Assembly (NCBI GenBank): GCA_003221005.1
Contig: QHTZ01000066.1
Span: forward strand, 806 to 64,805
Reading direction: 5' to 3'
From: Gemmatimonadota bacterium
GTDB lineage: Bacteria > Gemmatimonadota > Gemmatimonadetes > Gemmatimonadales > GWC2-71-9
DNA length: 64,000 bases
The position numbers were made by a program, and so were the translations under genes. Position 1 is the first letter of the stretch, and each line of letters starts with the position of its first letter. Shown piece after piece: positions 30,499-38,324 of the stretch. The notes beneath the pieces were generated by a model. It was not told the origin of the DNA. It saw only the letters and a program-made list of their open reading frames with translations, and ran no database searches.

Positions 30499-30761
30499 GA
30501 ATGCTCCTGCGCCACCTCCTCATCGCCGCCCTGCCGCTCGCGTGCGGTATCGCCGCCGGTTCCGGGTTCGCCTTTAAGGCGCGGCAGGCGTCCTGCACCG
30601 CGCTCGTCGGCCCGATCTTCGCGGCCAAGTGCCACGGGCGCCAACTCGAATACCAGCTGCAGTTTCAGACCGCCGGCACGGCGGCCGGCAGCCTGCTCGC
30701 CGCGGTCCTCGGGGCCTGGCTGGAACACAGGCGGCGCCGCGCCGTACAACCTCCCGCGTAA
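30495..30761 (+). CDS. small hypothetical membrane protein
   Basis: 88 aa. ATG 30495 overlaps the previous stop (ATGA). Two hydrophobic segments. Confidence 0.3.
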   Translation: MRMLLRHLLIAALPLACGIAAGSGFAFKARQASCTALVGPIFAAKCHGRQLEYQLQFQTAGTAAGSLLAAVLGAWLEHRRRRAVQPPA

Positions 30762-30777
30762 TCACTTGGAGGGTGAC

Positions 30778-31254
30778 ATGAAACTGATCGCATATCTCGC
30801 AGCGCTGCTCGCGGCCGGTGTGGGCTCGCTGGCAGCCCAGGACACCACGCATGCGGCTGCTCCGGCGGCGGCTGCTCCAGCCCCCGCCGCTGCCCCTGCG
30901 GCTGCCCCCGCTGCGGCTCCCGCGGCGCCGATGCTCGCCGTTGCGGAGGCCGCGGTTGCGAAAACCGTCGTGGACCGAGTGCCCCAAGACACGGGGACCG
31001 CTTTCACAGTGGACGTCGGCCAGCTCGTCTGCTGGACGAAGGTCACCGGCGCGTCCGGCGACGCGACGATTCACCACGTATGGTTCCACGGCGACACGCA
31101 GGTCGACGACACGGAGCTGCACGTCGGAGGCTCGCCCTGGCGTACATGGAGCCGCAAGACGATCCCGGCAGACTGGACCGGGGCCTGGCATGTAGAAGTG
31201 AGAGACGCGGCCGGGACTGTATTGAAGCGGATAGACTTTAGGGTTGGGTCGTGA
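30778..31254 (+). CDS. DUF2914-domain protein with Ala/Pro-repeat linker
   Basis: ATG 30778 after GGAGGG. Signal peptide, then the low-complexity run AAAPAAAAPAPAAAPAAAPAAAPAAP (about 30850-30930). C-terminal IHHVWFHGD...WRTWSRK...GAWHVEV matches DUF2914. Confidence 0.6.
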   Translation: MKLIAYLAALLAAGVGSLAAQDTTHAAAPAAAAPAPAAAPAAAPAAAPAAPMLAVAEAAVAKTVVDRVPQDTGTAFTVDVGQLVCWTKVTGASGDATIHHVWFHGDTQVDDTELHVGGSPWRTWSRKTIPADWTGAWHVEVRDAAGTVLKRIDFRVGS

Positions 31255-31275
31255 GGAACGGCAAAGACTAGCTAG

Positions 31276-31348
31276 CTGGGGCGGGAGGACTCGAACCTCC
31301 AACTTCCCGGTTAACAGCCGGGCGCTCTGCCAATTGAGCTACACCCCA
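31276..31348 (-). tRNA. tRNA-Asn (anticodon GTT)
   Basis: Cloverleaf read on the minus strand: acceptor TGGGGTG/CGCCCCA, D-arm GCTCAATTGGCAGAGC, anticodon stem-loop CCGGCTGTTAACCGG, T-arm GGAGGTTCGAGTCCTCC. CCA is not encoded. Confidence 0.9.
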
Positions 31349-31384
31349 AGGCACTGTTGCACGTTACACGATGCCACGTCACAC

Positions 31385-31419
31385 AAAGCGCCCCCGGAAC
31401 CGCCTGGTGCCGGGGGCGC
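31385..31419 (-). terminator. rho-independent terminator downstream of dnaJ
   Basis: Perfect 10-bp stem GCGCCCCCGG / CCGGGGGCGC with a 12-nt loop, followed on the minus strand by TTTGTGTG. Confidence 0.65.
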
Positions 31420-31587
31420 GGTTACACGATCGTCGCGACGCTACGCCGCCGGGCTCCCGAAGCAGCGGTCCCGATTGCAATTCGACCCTACGGCGAACGT
31501 CAGCACGGGGTCAACACTACCACCGCCCGAAGCGTGGAGCAAGGGTTCGCACTCCGTGCAACGTGGCGTCGTGGCGTCGTGTAACCC

Positions 31588-32685
31588 TCAGTATCTGATC
31601 CCCGCCTTCTCCGCGTACGCGCGGATCGCCGCTTGCTCCTCCGGTGTGAGGTGCTCGGGGATCGCGACATGGACCTCGACATACTGATCGCCCCGGCGGC
31701 CGTTCTTCTCGATGCCCTGGCCCGCAATCCGGAACCTCTGGCCGTGCTGCGTGCCGGGTGGAACCCGCAGCACGATGTGACGGCCGGCCAGCGTTTTCAC
31801 CTTGATCTTCGAGCCCAGCATCGCCTGGGCCACGTTGATGGGCACGACGCAAATCACGTCGAGCCCCTCCCGCCGGAAGAACCGGTCGGGCTCGACATGA
31901 AACACCACAACGACGTCCCCGCGCCCCCTCGTACCCTGACCCTTGAGCCGCACGCGCGTGCCGTCCTCGGTCCCCGGCGGCACCGTGATCATCAAGCGCT
32001 TCTCGACCCGCACCTCCCCCTCGCCCTGGCATGTCGGGCACCGCTGGGAGGGCACCTTGCCCTTGCCGCGGCACACGGGACAGGGACGGGTCACCGCGAA
32101 GCTCCCCTGGCCGAACGAAATCGTTCCGCGCCCTTTGCACTCGGGACACGTCGAGATCGTCGCGCCCGGCGCCGCCCCGTTGCCGCCGCACGTCGGGCAG
32201 ACCTCGCTCACGGGCAGCGTGACGGGAACTTTGCCCCCCAAGGCGGCCACGCGGAACGGAATCGAGACTGCGGCCTCGACCTCCTCGTCCGCCTCGACCT
32301 CACTGTCCGGGCCGCGCCGGCCGAAGATCGAGGAGAAGAGATCGCCGAGCCCGCCGAACGACCCGAGGTCCGAAAGGTCGAAGTCAGCGCTGAAGCCACC
32401 GGCTCCCCCCGGCCCACCGGGCCCCCCGTACCCCTTACCTCCCGCACCGCTTCCCGCGAACGCTCCGTAGCGGCGCAGCTGGTCGTACTTCTTGCGCTGT
32501 TCGGCGTCGCTCAACACGTCGTGCGCCTCGCTGATCTCCTTGAAGCGCTCGGCCGCCTGCGGATTGTTGGGGTTACGGTCGGGGTGGTATTGCTTGGCAA
32601 GACGGCGAAACGCCTTCTTGATTTCGTCGGTGGTCGCCGTCTCGGACACGCCCAAGGTCTGGTAGTAATCCCGCTGCGCTGGCAT
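31588..32685 (-). CDS. dnaJ: molecular chaperone DnaJ
   Basis: 365 aa. J-domain with HPD (YHPDRN), G/F-rich region, four CxxCxGxG zinc-finger repeats. Confidence 0.95.
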   Translation of the reverse strand: MPAQRDYYQTLGVSETATTDEIKKAFRRLAKQYHPDRNPNNPQAAERFKEISEAHDVLSDAEQRKKYDQLRRYGAFAGSGAGGKGYGGPGGPGGAGGFSADFDLSDLGSFGGLGDLFSSIFGRRGPDSEVEADEEVEAAVSIPFRVAALGGKVPVTLPVSEVCPTCGGNGAAPGATISTCPECKGRGTISFGQGSFAVTRPCPVCRGKGKVPSQRCPTCQGEGEVRVEKRLMITVPPGTEDGTRVRLKGQGTRGRGDVVVVFHVEPDRFFRREGLDVICVVPINVAQAMLGSKIKVKTLAGRHIVLRVPPGTQHGQRFRIAGQGIEKNGRRGDQYVEVHVAIPEHLTPEEQAAIRAYAEKAGIRY

Positions 32686-33285
32686 TTACCCCTCTCCCGT
32701 CCCCCGTCCCTCTTCCCCGCCCCATGTGAGTACCTGAACGCGTGCCGGCCGGATCAGCATGTCGCCGAGCTTGTATCCGGCCTGAAGCACCGCCCCCACA
32801 GTGTGGTCCTGGGACGGATCAGACGCAGCTGCAGTGGTCACGGCCTCGTGCAAGTTCGGGTCGAACGCGACGCCCACCTCATCCACCCGGCGGACGCCTG
32901 CCGCCTCGAGCTCCTTGCGGAGCTTCCGCTCCACCAGATCGACGCCGTCATGAATCGTCTTCGCGTCCGTCGCGGCCGGATCCACATGAGCGAAACGCGC
33001 CAAATCGTCCAGCGCGTCAACCAGCCGGGCCAGCAGATCAGCTTGAGCTTTAGTCCACAGCTCGGTGCGCTCGCGGCTGCTGCGCTTGCGGAAGTTGTCG
33101 TACTCGGCCGCGAGCCGCAGGTAGCGGTCGTTAAGCTCCGCAAGCTGGTCCTCGAGCCGCGGTGCGGTCACCGCCGCTGGCTCGACTCCAGCCGCTGCGG
33201 CGCCGGACTCGGAATCCGGCGGCGCCGTGCTCGCGTCCGGCTGCTCGGTCGGCCGCGCGTCGCGTTGGTGTTTCTTGTCGGTCAT
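32686..33285 (-). CDS. grpE: nucleotide exchange factor GrpE
   Basis: ATG 33285 (MTDKKHQ). LRLAAEYDNFRKR and FDPNLHEAV motifs. The stop abuts the dnaJ start. The last 12 codons (WGGEEGRGTGEG) are encoded by a heptad-repeat arm. Confidence 0.9.
   Translation of the reverse strand: MTDKKHQRDARPTEQPDASTAPPDSESGAAAAGVEPAAVTAPRLEDQLAELNDRYLRLAAEYDNFRKRSSRERTELWTKAQADLLARLVDALDDLARFAHVDPAATDAKTIHDGVDLVERKLRKELEAAGVRRVDEVGVAFDPNLHEAVTTAAASDPSQDHTVGAVLQAGYKLGDMLIRPARVQVLTWGGEEGRGTGEG
32689..32723. repeat. solo GGGGACG-type heptad arm (element e) inside the grpE 3' end
   Basis: Plus strand CCCCTCTCCCGTCCCCCGTCCCTCTTCCCCGCCCC. Its complement contains a 21-mer, GGGGAAGAGGGACGGGGGACG, identical to 49228-49248. 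Confidence 0.85.
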
Positions 33286-33452
33286 CGGTTCGGGCTGGCA
33301 GGAAGCAATCCCCGTGCCCGCCGAACGTGCCGTTCGGGCGGAGGAGATTTCCGGGCGTCTCCGGAAGCTACTGTGAGGCAACAAGATAGCGGCGCACACC
33401 TGGGTTGTCGAGCTTGCGCCGAATATGCAGACCGTACGGGGCGGATCGAGCC

Positions 33453-34277
33453 TCAGGCGACCCCGCGCGTCGCGAGGAACGCCACGATGTCGGCGATCAC
33501 CTGCTCGTTTTGGGGATCGTGCAGCAGCTCGTGGTACATCTCCGCGTACCACTGCACCTGGACGGGCACGGTGAGGCCGTCCGCGAAGGCGCGCGCCGCA
33601 TGAGCATCCACGATGCGGTCCTCGCCGCCCAGCAGGAACAGGAGCGGCGTGTCGATGCGGTGACCGTCCGTCGTCACGGCGCGCTGCGCCCACTGGATCT
33701 CGCGCCAGGCGCCGGGCGAGGCGAGCCCGTGCACGGCACGGTCGGACTCGTACGCGGCGTTCACCGCCGGGTCGCGGCTCAGCATCGCCGCATCGATGCC
33801 CGCCGGGATTGGGAGCGTCGGCCAGAGATCGGCGAACATCCGGCTCAGCACGAGCTTCCACGCGGGCGGCGGCGTCGCCAGCGCCAGCGCCGGGCTCGCG
33901 GCCACGGCCGCGGCGAGCGGGTCGCTCGGCTGTGTCTCGAGGTAGCGCAGCGCGACCAGCCCGCCGAACGAGTGGCCGAGGAGGATCTGCGGGAGCTCGG
34001 GCCGGCGTCGCCGGACGGCGCGTCGGAACGCCTGGAGGTCGCCGAGCAGCTGGCTGAACCGGGAGAGGTAACCGCGCCGGCCTCCGGAGCGACCGTGGCC
34101 GCGCTGATCGAGCAGGTAGACTGCGAACCCCGCGTCCCGGAGCCGCTCCCCGACGCCGCTCCAGCGTCCCGCGTGGTCCGACCAGCCGTGAAGAAACAAC
34201 ACGGCGGCGCGGGGCGACAGCGGCTCACAGGCGTCGTAGACCAGCTGCGTGCCGTCCGGCGCGGTGAGCGTCGCCAT
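33453..34277 (-). CDS. alpha/beta hydrolase (lysophospholipase / monoacylglycerol-lipase-like)
   Basis: ATG 34277 overlaps the cinA stop (ATGA). 274 aa. HG oxyanion motif FLHGWSDH and nucleophile elbow GHSFGG. Confidence 0.8.
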   Translation of the reverse strand: MATLTAPDGTQLVYDACEPLSPRAAVLFLHGWSDHAGRWSGVGERLRDAGFAVYLLDQRGHGRSGGRRGYLSRFSQLLGDLQAFRRAVRRRRPELPQILLGHSFGGLVALRYLETQPSDPLAAAVAASPALALATPPPAWKLVLSRMFADLWPTLPIPAGIDAAMLSRDPAVNAAYESDRAVHGLASPGAWREIQWAQRAVTTDGHRIDTPLLFLLGGEDRIVDAHAARAFADGLTVPVQVQWYAEMYHELLHDPQNEQVIADIVAFLATRGVA

Positions 34278-35527
34278 CAGGCAGGCGCGAGCAGGCGGCG
34301 CAGCAGGTCGAGCGCGGCTTGGGCGGCGCGCCGCCGGATCTCGTCGCGATCCCCCGGAAACACGCGCCGCACCGCGCGGCTGTCCGTGTGCACCCGGGCG
34401 GCGAGCCATACCGTGCCGACGGGCTTGTCCGACGTCCCGCCGCTCGGCCCCGCCACGCCGGTCACCGCGATGCTGCAATCCACGGCGAAGAGTCGTTGCG
34501 CTCCCTCAGCCATCGCGCGCACGGTTTCTTCCGAGACCGCGCCGTGCGCCTCGATGACTTCGAGCGGCACCTTGAGCGCGGCGGTCTTGATCACGTCGGC
34601 GTACGCAACCACACCGCCGATGAACGTGTCCGACGCCCCCGGAACGTTCGTGATTCGCTCGGCCACCATTCCCCCGGTGCAGGATTCGGCGACGCCTAGC
34701 CGGTGACGCTGCTGCCGCAACGCTTGCAGCACCACCGCGGCGAGATCGCTGTCGTCATCGCCGTAGTAGTGCTCGCCGACGAGCCGCGCCACCTGCCGGG
34801 CCGCCGCGGCGAGACGGGCGTCGGCGTCCTCGGGCTCCAGGTCCCAGGCGGTGAGTCGCAGGTCCACGCCGAACACGGACGGCAGGTACGCGAGGGTGAG
34901 GGGAGCGAGCGAGTCCTCGATCGGGTCGACGCGCTCCGCCAGCGCGGACTCCGGCACGCCCGTCGTCCGCACGGTCCGAGAGCGCACCACGCGCCGGGAC
35001 GTCCCGCTCCGCAGCGCGAGGCGAGGCAGCACCTCGTCCAGCACGAGCCCCCGCATCTCCCGGGGCACGCCCGGCAACAGCACGGCGACGCGGCCGCCCG
35101 AGTCTTCCAGCCACAGACCCGGGGCGGTCCCGGCCGGGTTCGGCAGCACCGTGGCTCCCTCGGGGACCTCGGCCTGGGAGCGGTTCGCGGGGGGCATGGG
35201 CCAGCGGCCCATCCGCTTGAAGCGGGCCTCCAAAGCTGCGAGCAGGGCGTCATCGAGCACCAACGTCCGTCCAAACAGCTCGGCGACGACAGTCTTCGTC
35301 AGGTCGTCGCGGGTGGGGCCGAGGCCGCCCGTGCTGATGACGAAACCAGTGCGCTCGAGCGCCTCCGCGACCGCTGCCCGGATCGCTTCGCGGCGATCTG
35401 GCACGCTGGTGCGGCGCACGACCTCCACGCCCGCCGCCGCGAGCGCCCGGCCCAGCTCGGCGCCGTTCGAGTCCAGGGTGTAGCCGAGCAGCAGCTCGGT
35501 GCCGATGGTGACGATTTCGAGCTTCAC
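34277..35527 (-). CDS. cinA: CinA-family protein (MoCF domain + nicotinamide-nucleotide amidohydrolase PncC domain)
   Basis: GTG 35527 overlaps the pgsA stop. VKLEIVTIGTELLLG.. TGGLGPTRDD N-domain and ESCTGG C-domain motif. Confidence 0.85.
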   Translation of the reverse strand: MKLEIVTIGTELLLGYTLDSNGAELGRALAAAGVEVVRRTSVPDRREAIRAAVAEALERTGFVISTGGLGPTRDDLTKTVVAELFGRTLVLDDALLAALEARFKRMGRWPMPPANRSQAEVPEGATVLPNPAGTAPGLWLEDSGGRVAVLLPGVPREMRGLVLDEVLPRLALRSGTSRRVVRSRTVRTTGVPESALAERVDPIEDSLAPLTLAYLPSVFGVDLRLTAWDLEPEDADARLAAAARQVARLVGEHYYGDDDSDLAAVVLQALRQQRHRLGVAESCTGGMVAERITNVPGASDTFIGGVVAYADVIKTAALKVPLEVIEAHGAVSEETVRAMAEGAQRLFAVDCSIAVTGVAGPSGGTSDKPVGTVWLAARVHTDSRAVRRVFPGDRDEIRRRAAQAALDLLRRLLAPA

Positions 35528-36165
35528 CGGTCGCTCTTGAAGAGCGCGCGGTAACGGTACATGTAGACCGCTAGCGAGTACACGGTCAGGAGGACGGCGC
35601 CCGCGAGGGTGATGGCTACCACGGCGCCGTGGAACTTGTCCCAGAAGTTGCGGAACGATCCCGCCCAGCGATGAGCGGCGAGGGCGTCCTTCCAGGCGAA
35701 CCAGGCGATGGTCGCGCCGATGAACACGTTCTGCACGACCGCCTTGAGCTTGCCCGGCCCCTCGGCCGGGATCACGACGCCCCGGCGCCGCGCAAAGAAC
35801 CGGAACACGGTGATCAGCACCTCCCGCCCGACCAGCAGCAGCGCAACCCACACGGGCAGGCTGCCCCACCACGGAATGCGGTAGTCCACAAGGATCGTGG
35901 GGTGCCGCGTGATCCAGAAGATCGGCACGAGGGTCGCGAAGAGGAGCCACTTGTCGGCGATCGGGTCGAGCAGCTGGCCGAGCTCGCTCACCTGCTTGTA
36001 GCGGCGCGCCAGATAACCGTCCACCACGTCGGAGGCCCCGGCCGCGAGGAAAATCAAGAACGCGATGACCTTGGGCCAGTACCCCTGGATGAACGGCAGC
36101 AGCGCGATGACGGGGGTGAGGCAGATGCGGGCGAGCGTGAGGATGTTCGGCAGGGTCCAGCGCAT
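35524..36165 (-). CDS. pgsA: CDP-diacylglycerol--glycerol-3-phosphate 3-phosphatidyltransferase
   Basis: 213 aa. MRWTLPNILTLARI.. and DVVDGYLARRYKQVSELGQLLDPIADK CDP-alcohol transferase signature. Confidence 0.85.
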   Translation of the reverse strand: MRWTLPNILTLARICLTPVIALLPFIQGYWPKVIAFLIFLAAGASDVVDGYLARRYKQVSELGQLLDPIADKWLLFATLVPIFWITRHPTILVDYRIPWWGSLPVWVALLLVGREVLITVFRFFARRRGVVIPAEGPGKLKAVVQNVFIGATIAWFAWKDALAAHRWAGSFRNFWDKFHGAVVAITLAGAVLLTVYSLAVYMYRYRALFKSDR

Positions 36166-36175
36166 CGGACGGTCT

Positions 36176-36850
36176 TTAGCTCAGCGTCTTCAACACCAGT
36201 TTGCTAACCGCCTTGAGCGTGTCGAACACGCCGTCCCCGCGAATGGCCACCGCTTCGACGTACGAGGCCCGCCCGACCCACGCGCCGCCGGCTTGCTCGA
36301 TGAGGTTCTCACCGGGGTGCGCGGGATCGGGGGTCGCCTTCTGCTGCGCCGGGTCCTCGACCGGCCACCCGGGATTGAGCGACGCCTGAAGGTCCCTGAT
36401 GGGCGCGGCGTTCGGCAAATCACGCTTGTTGTACTGAATGACGAAGGGGATCCTGGTCAGGTCGTAGCCGTATTCCGACATGTTGTCGTACAGGTTCTGC
36501 ATCGACTCGACGTTCGCCTCCATGCGCTCGATCTGGCTGTCGGCGACGAAGACGAGCCCGTCCACCCCCTTGAGAATCAGCTTGCGGCTCGCGTTGTAGT
36601 AGACCTGGCCCGGCACGGTGTACAGGTGGAACCGCGTCTTGAAGCCGCGGATCGTGCCGAGGTCCACCGGCAGGAAGTCGAAGAACAGCGTTCGCTCGGT
36701 CTCCGTGGCCAGCGAGATCATCTTGCCCCGGGTGTTGGGCGACACCTTGCCGTAGATGTGCTCGAGGTTGGTCGTCTTGCCGCCCAGCCCCGGGCCGTAA
36801 TAGACGAGCTTGCAGTTAATCTCGCGGGACGCGTAGTTGATCATCGACAT
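36176..36850 (-). CDS. mglA: Ras-like small GTPase MglA
   Basis: 224 aa. [51 protein letters not shown] and GVFDTLKAV closely follow the MglA pattern. Carries an extra ~30-aa segment before the last helix. Confidence 0.85.
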   Translation of the reverse strand: MSMINYASREINCKLVYYGPGLGGKTTNLEHIYGKVSPNTRGKMISLATETERTLFFDFLPVDLGTIRGFKTRFHLYTVPGQVYYNASRKLILKGVDGLVFVADSQIERMEANVESMQNLYDNMSEYGYDLTRIPFVIQYNKRDLPNAAPIRDLQASLNPGWPVEDPAQQKATPDPAHPGENLIEQAGGAWVGRASYVEAVAIRGDGVFDTLKAVSKLVLKTLS

Positions 36851-36862
36851 GCGCGCGTCCCC

Positions 36863-37351
36863 TTAGCCGAAGAGCTTGTCAATTTCGTCGTCTGCTCCCT
36901 CGAGCAGCCCCTTCTGCGGCGCGCTCGGGCCGGCGCCGACCCGGTTGAACATGTCGGCGAACACCTTGTTGAGGTGCTCGACGGCACCCTTGCCCTTGAG
37001 CTTCACGAGGCCGAGGGTGGTGCGCTGGTCGAAGAGCACGACGAGGATCACGCGCTTCGCGATGTCGGCCAGGAACATCGACTCCTTTTCGCCCTGATGG
37101 ACGAGGGAGGCGAATTCGGCTTCGCCGATCATTTTCGCGAGCTGGTCGTTGGCGCTGAAGTCGGCGGCGGTGAGGGAGGCGAAGGCGGTGGAATCGAATT
37201 GCGGCGTCTCGCCGACGGTCGCCACGAGCTGCCCCGTACGGTCGACGAGCAGCGCGCAGCGGGCGTTCGAGTCGCGGAGGAACGCCTGGAGGTGCTGCTG
37301 GATCAGTTTGAAGTCGTTCTCAGAGAACGACCAGCTCGCCGCACCCGCCAT
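36863..37351 (-). CDS. mglB: Roadblock/LC7-domain protein MglB (MglA GAP)
   Basis: 162 aa. Roadblock fold pattern (ALLVDRTGQLVATVG..) and position immediately upstream of mglA. Confidence 0.75.
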   Translation of the reverse strand: MAGAASWSFSENDFKLIQQHLQAFLRDSNARCALLVDRTGQLVATVGETPQFDSTAFASLTAADFSANDQLAKMIGEAEFASLVHQGEKESMFLADIAKRVILVVLFDQRTTLGLVKLKGKGAVEHLNKVFADMFNRVGAGPSAPQKGLLEGADDEIDKLFG

Positions 37352-37363
37352 CCCGAACCTCGG

Positions 37364-37966
37364 TCAGTCGGCTTCGGACATCTCGCGCCGCGCCTCGAGC
37401 GCCTGCGCGATCGTGACGTCGTCGGCGTACTCGAGGTCGCCGCCCACCGGCAGACCCCGTGCGATGCGGGTGACCCGCACGCCGGTGGGCCGCAGCACCT
37501 GCTGCAGGTAGGTCGCCGTGACCTCCCCCTCCATCGAGGGGTTCGTCGCCACGATCACCTCCCGCACGCCGGACCCGTTGCCCACCCGCTCGAGCAGGCG
37601 CTCGAGCCGCAGCGCCTCCGGCCCCACGCCATCCAGCGGGCTGAGGCGGCCCCCCAGCACGTGGTAGCGGCCCCGGAAGCGTCCCGTGCGCTCGATGGCG
37701 CCGACGTCGGCCGCTTCCTCCACGACGCACAGCAGGGCACCGTCCCGCCGCGGGTCGGCGCAAATGGCGCACGGCTCCTCGTCGGTCAGGTTGCCGCAGA
37801 CGCCGCACACCGTCACGCGCTCGCGCACCTGACGGATGGCGTCAGCCAGGCGCCCCGCCTCTTCCGGCGGCTGCTTCAACAGGTGAAACGTGAGACGCTG
37901 TGCCGTCTTGCGCCCGATCCCGGGGAGCTTGGCGAGCTCCGTCACGAGATCATCGATGGCCGACAC
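37364..37966 (-). CDS. recR: recombination protein RecR
   Basis: 200 aa. HhH (LPGIGRKTAQRL), C4 zinc finger (CGVCGNL..CAIC), Toprim domain. Confidence 0.95.
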   Translation of the reverse strand: MSAIDDLVTELAKLPGIGRKTAQRLTFHLLKQPPEEAGRLADAIRQVRERVTVCGVCGNLTDEEPCAICADPRRDGALLCVVEEAADVGAIERTGRFRGRYHVLGGRLSPLDGVGPEALRLERLLERVGNGSGVREVIVATNPSMEGEVTATYLQQVLRPTGVRVTRIARGLPVGGDLEYADDVTIAQALEARREMSEAD

Positions 37967-37972
37967 GGCGAA

Positions 37973-38287
37973 CTACAGCGGCAACTGAAACGGGAACGGA
38001 AGGCCCGACGCGAGCTTGCGCACTTCCGCCTGGTAGAGCTCGGCGGCGCGCTTCTGCGCCTCCGCCACCGCGGCGAGGACGAGATCCTCGAGCATCTCGA
38101 TGTCCCCGCTGGCGGCCTGGGGAGCGATCTTGATCGCGCGAATCTGGCCGCGCCCGTCGGCCGTCGCCTGGACGATCCCCCCACCGGCCGAGCACGTCAC
38201 GGTCTGCTGCGCGAGCTGGGACTGGATCTCCGAAAGCCGCCACTGCATCTGCTGCCCCAGCTGGAGCAGGCTCGATAAATCCGCCAT
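37973..38287 (-). CDS. ybaB: YbaB/EbfC-family nucleoid-associated protein
   Basis: 104 aa from ATG 38287. AGGGIVQATADGRGQIRAIKI pattern and canonical dnaX-ybaB-recR synteny. Confidence 0.9.
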   Translation of the reverse strand: MADLSSLLQLGQQMQWRLSEIQSQLAQQTVTCSAGGGIVQATADGRGQIRAIKIAPQAASGDIEMLEDLVLAAVAEAQKRAAELYQAEVRKLASGLPFPFQLPL

Positions 38288-38324
38288 GTGTCGAAAGTTA
38301 CCCCTCCCCTTCCAGAGTGGCAAG

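Noticed and set aside
28808-31348. Prophage or genomic island next to tRNA-Asn, suggested by a gene of the phage-holin family.
   Set aside because: The holin label is only the DUF360 family name. No integrase, capsid, terminase or att-like tRNA fragment repeat is present. Composition matches the rest of the window.
33286-33452. CIRCE/HrcA operator or hrcA gene upstream of grpE-dnaJ.
   Set aside because: No TTAGCACTC-N9-GAGTGCTAA-like inverted repeat is present. The upstream gene is an alpha/beta hydrolase, not hrcA. Only an imperfect GC hairpin is present, and it probably terminates the hydrolase transcript.
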